From the NCBI GenBank assembly GCA_937989945.1, contig CALKIG010000106.1, positions 2,925-66,924 on the forward strand: a DNA stretch of 64,000 nt. Reading direction: 5' to 3'. Made by a program: the position numbers and the translations under genes. The notes below the pieces were generated by a model. That model was not told the DNA's origin and ran no database searches. It saw only the letters and a program-made list of their open reading frames with translations. Source of the DNA: an uncultured Actinomycetes bacterium. Lineage in GTDB: Bacteria > Actinomycetota > Acidimicrobiia > Spongiisociales > ZC4RG35. How positions within the stretch are numbered: the first letter of the stretch is position 1; each line of letters starts with the position of its first letter. Of this stretch, positions 62,150-64,000 are shown piece after piece.

Positions 62150-63679
62150 ATGCAGAAGGACGCTCCCGAAATACCAGCTATCGAGTTCGCCCCGGCTCGG
62201 GGGGCACGTCTCGCGTGGCAGAGATGGGGCAATGGGACCGAAGAGATCGTGGCCATCCCGCCTCTCGCCCAAAATATCGAGGTTGCCTGGGAAGCCCCCC
62301 TCATTCGAGCGATGCTGGAGCGATTCGGCACCTTCTCCCGCTACCTCCACTTCGACAAGCGCGGCACCGGCGCCTCAGATCGGCGAAGCCGTGTGGCTGG
62401 AATCGACGAGAGAGTCGACGACATCCGAGCGGTGCTGGATCACGCCGAGATCGAAGCAGCGCACTTCTTCGTTCAGTCAGACGGCGGGCCGATGGCTCTC
62501 ATGTTCGCCGCCACTTACCCGGATCGGGTCAAGAGCCTGACGATGTTTGGCAGTGGTGCCCATCTCGCACCACCATGGTCGGAGGAGGAGCGCATCGAGC
62601 GACGGGAGCGGATGGTAAAGGAATGGGGAACTCCGCAATCTCGGATCGTCGATGCCTTCGCCCCCTCGCTGGCGGCGAATCAGGTCTTCCGCACATGGCA
62701 TCAACGCTACGAGAGGCTCGCCGCGACCACAGACTCCCTGAGGGAGCTAATCGACATATCGGCGGAGATGGACGCGCGCGAGGTGCTTCCCACTCTCGAT
62801 GTTCCGACCCTGGTTCTCCATCGTGTTGGCGACCGCGCTATCCCACTCTCCCTGGGGCGCGACCTGGCGGAGTCCATCAACGGAGCTCGTCTGGTGGAGC
62901 TCGAGGGCGACGATCACTACGCCTACGCCGGCGACGTCGCATCATGGATGAGAGAGTTCGAGCAATTCGTCACAGGTCGCTTGTCGCCACAACCCGGCAG
63001 CCGAAGATCCAACGCCAGGCCACGCATCCAAACGCTCGGTGGCTTTTCCGTGGAGCTGGATGGGAGAGACATCCCGACGTCAGACTGGGGATCTCGACTT
63101 GCTAGGCAACTCACCAAGCGTCTCGTGGCGGCGCGCGGGTGGCCGGTGACGAGAGACGAGCTGATCGAGATGCTGTGGCCGGGAGAGTCCGATATGAGAC
63201 GACTCGGCGCTCGACTCTCAGTCCTTTTGTCCACTGTCCGCCGCGTTTTGCGTGGAGGAGTGGTGGCAGACAGGGAAACGGTGCGGCTCGATCTCGACCA
63301 GGTGTCCACCGACATAGAAGACCTATACGCGGCGAGAGATGATCGAGCCGTCCTAGCGGCCTATGTGGGTGAGTTTCTGCCCGAGGACCGGTACGAAGAC
63401 TGGACCCGTGGCATCAGAGACGAGATACGAAGCCGCTTTGTCGGGGCGGCCAAGGCTGTGGCTGAGGAGGAGATCGCTGCCAAGAACCCTTCAGGCGCGG
63501 CAACTCTGTATCGCAAGATCATTGCCGTGGACCCCTATGACGACGCAACTCACCGCGCTCTCATCAACGCCCTGTTGGCATCTGGGGACCCTGGCGGCGC
63601 CCGCCGAGCGCATGCTGCTTGGACTAAGTCGATGAGTGAGATCGACGCATCGGTTCCGTCGTTCGAGACACTTTCGTAA
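62150..63679 (+). CDS. alpha/beta-fold hydrolase fused to SARP-type winged helix and BTAD domains
   Basis: 509 aa from ATG 62150 (the ORF is open to GTG 62093, only 7 nt from the divergent gene). Hydrolase motifs HFDKRGTGASD, VQSDGG, VGDRAIP, DDHY. wHTH IQTLGGFSVELDG...RDELIEMLWP. BTAD VAVDPYDDATHRALINALLASGDPGGA-like repeats. Confidence 0.8.
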   Translation: MQKDAPEIPAIEFAPARGARLAWQRWGNGTEEIVAIPPLAQNIEVAWEAPLIRAMLERFGTFSRYLHFDKRGTGASDRRSRVAGIDERVDDIRAVLDHAEIEAAHFFVQSDGGPMALMFAATYPDRVKSLTMFGSGAHLAPPWSEEERIERRERMVKEWGTPQSRIVDAFAPSLAANQVFRTWHQRYERLAATTDSLRELIDISAEMDAREVLPTLDVPTLVLHRVGDRAIPLSLGRDLAESINGARLVELEGDDHYAYAGDVASWMREFEQFVTGRLSPQPGSRRSNARPRIQTLGGFSVELDGRDIPTSDWGSRLARQLTKRLVAARGWPVTRDELIEMLWPGESDMRRLGARLSVLLSTVRRVLRGGVVADRETVRLDLDQVSTDIEDLYAARDDRAVLAAYVGEFLPEDRYEDWTRGIRDEIRSRFVGAAKAVAEEEIAAKNPSGAATLYRKIIAVDPYDDATHRALINALLASGDPGGARRAHAAWTKSMSEIDASVPSFETLS

Positions 63680-63713
63680 GGATTTCTGAAGGTTGTGGAG
63701 CACCATCGGCCTC

Positions 63714-64000
63714 ATGAGTATCGAACACGCCCTGGCACACCCTCAGACGACCGTCCTCGGGCCCGATGACGGAAGCCACTTCGAGTTTCTGAACAATCGA
63801 GCAACAGTGAAGCTCGCAGGCGCTGCGTCGAAAACGATGAGCGTCGTCGAATTCCTGGCACCCCGCGGCTTTGGCCCTCCGCAGCACCGCCACAACAGCG
63901 AAGATGAGCTCTTCTTCGTTCTCGAGGGATCACTCCGTTTCTTCACCGGGGACGAAGAGATAGATGGCCCGGAGGGCTCCTTTGCATTCCTGCCTCACTC
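63714..64000 (+). CDS. cupin domain protein, 3' end beyond the window
   Basis: Own translation from ATG 63714: MSIEHALAHPQTTVLGPDDGSHFEFLNNRATVKLAGAASKTMSVVEFLAPRGFGPPQHRHNSEDELFFVLEGSLRFFTGDEEIDGPEGSFAFLPH. The HRH..EDE..F.LEG cupin motif is present. No stop before the window end. Confidence 0.65.
   Translation, partial: MSIEHALAHPQTTVLGPDDGSHFEFLNNRATVKLAGAASKTMSVVEFLAPRGFGPPQHRHNSEDELFFVLEGSLRFFTGDEEIDGPEGSFAFLPH

Noticed and set aside
1-64000. Search for mobile elements, prophage genes, CRISPR arrays, rRNA/tRNA
   Set aside because: I noticed no transposase/integrase-like ORFs, no long terminal inverted repeats, no regularly spaced direct repeats, and no convincing cloverleaf. The only rearrangement scar is the ALDH remnant at 50184..50340.

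Overview
This window is visibly GC-rich (roughly 60-65 % by eye, not computed) and densely coding. I call about 80 protein-coding genes and one gene remnant. I found no rRNA, tRNA, CRISPR array, transposase, integrase or phage gene. The gene content points to an actinobacterium, by inference only: an F420-type LLM oxidoreductase, SARP/BTAD and WYL regulators, an ECF41-type sigma factor, an RsbA-type anti-sigma kinase, LMW-PTP ArsC, a leaderless-looking promoter, and pervasive ATGA/GTGA/TGATG start-stop overlaps. Gene blocks from left to right: (1) A DrrA-type ABC exporter and a TetR-controlled ABC-2 exporter with two separate ATPase genes. (2) A cupin, a membrane-fused spermidine-synthase-like gene, aceK, a hotdog thioesterase and a HAD dehalogenase. 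(3) A phosphoribosyltransferase and an LLM oxidoreductase. (4) An sqr - tusE/dsrC - dsrE sulfur module. (5) USP and VOC genes, an unannotated two-gene mini-cassette, and an RsbA-like kinase. (6) An ars operon (ArsR-ArsC fusion, aquaglyceroporin, ArsC), then dps. (7) A WYL regulator divergent from a small ORF plus GNAT, followed by a hypothetical cluster. (8) A CaCA antiporter, a LiaF-like gene, ldhA and pncB/pncA. (9) Stress genes (flavodoxin, CsbD). (10) A SARP-PAT pair with tandem DUF1059 genes. (11) An SDR, an orphan PAS-GAF histidine kinase and an amidohydrolase. (12) A copper block (DUF305, csoR-copB-cytochrome c, DUF4389, CHRD). (13) A second CaCA, an M50/CBS protease and a GbsR-controlled ABC exporter. 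(14) An epimerase plus ECF41 sigma factor with its signature promoter. (15) An aldehyde-dehydrogenase remnant and a serine hydrolase. (16) An esterase / ATP-grasp / esterase cassette translationally coupled to glgA and convergent with glgC. (17) rsbQ-rsbP and an FeS-type photolyase. (18) A GerW-like gene and a LURP-like gene. (19) An alpha/beta-hydrolase-SARP fusion and a cupin truncated by the window edge. The most unusual items are the glgA-coupled esterase/ATP-grasp cassette, the hydrolase-SARP fusion, the small promoter-driven two-gene cassette, and the cytochrome c coupled to a CPH-type copper ATPase. All family assignments come from motif recognition by eye and memory, not from searches.
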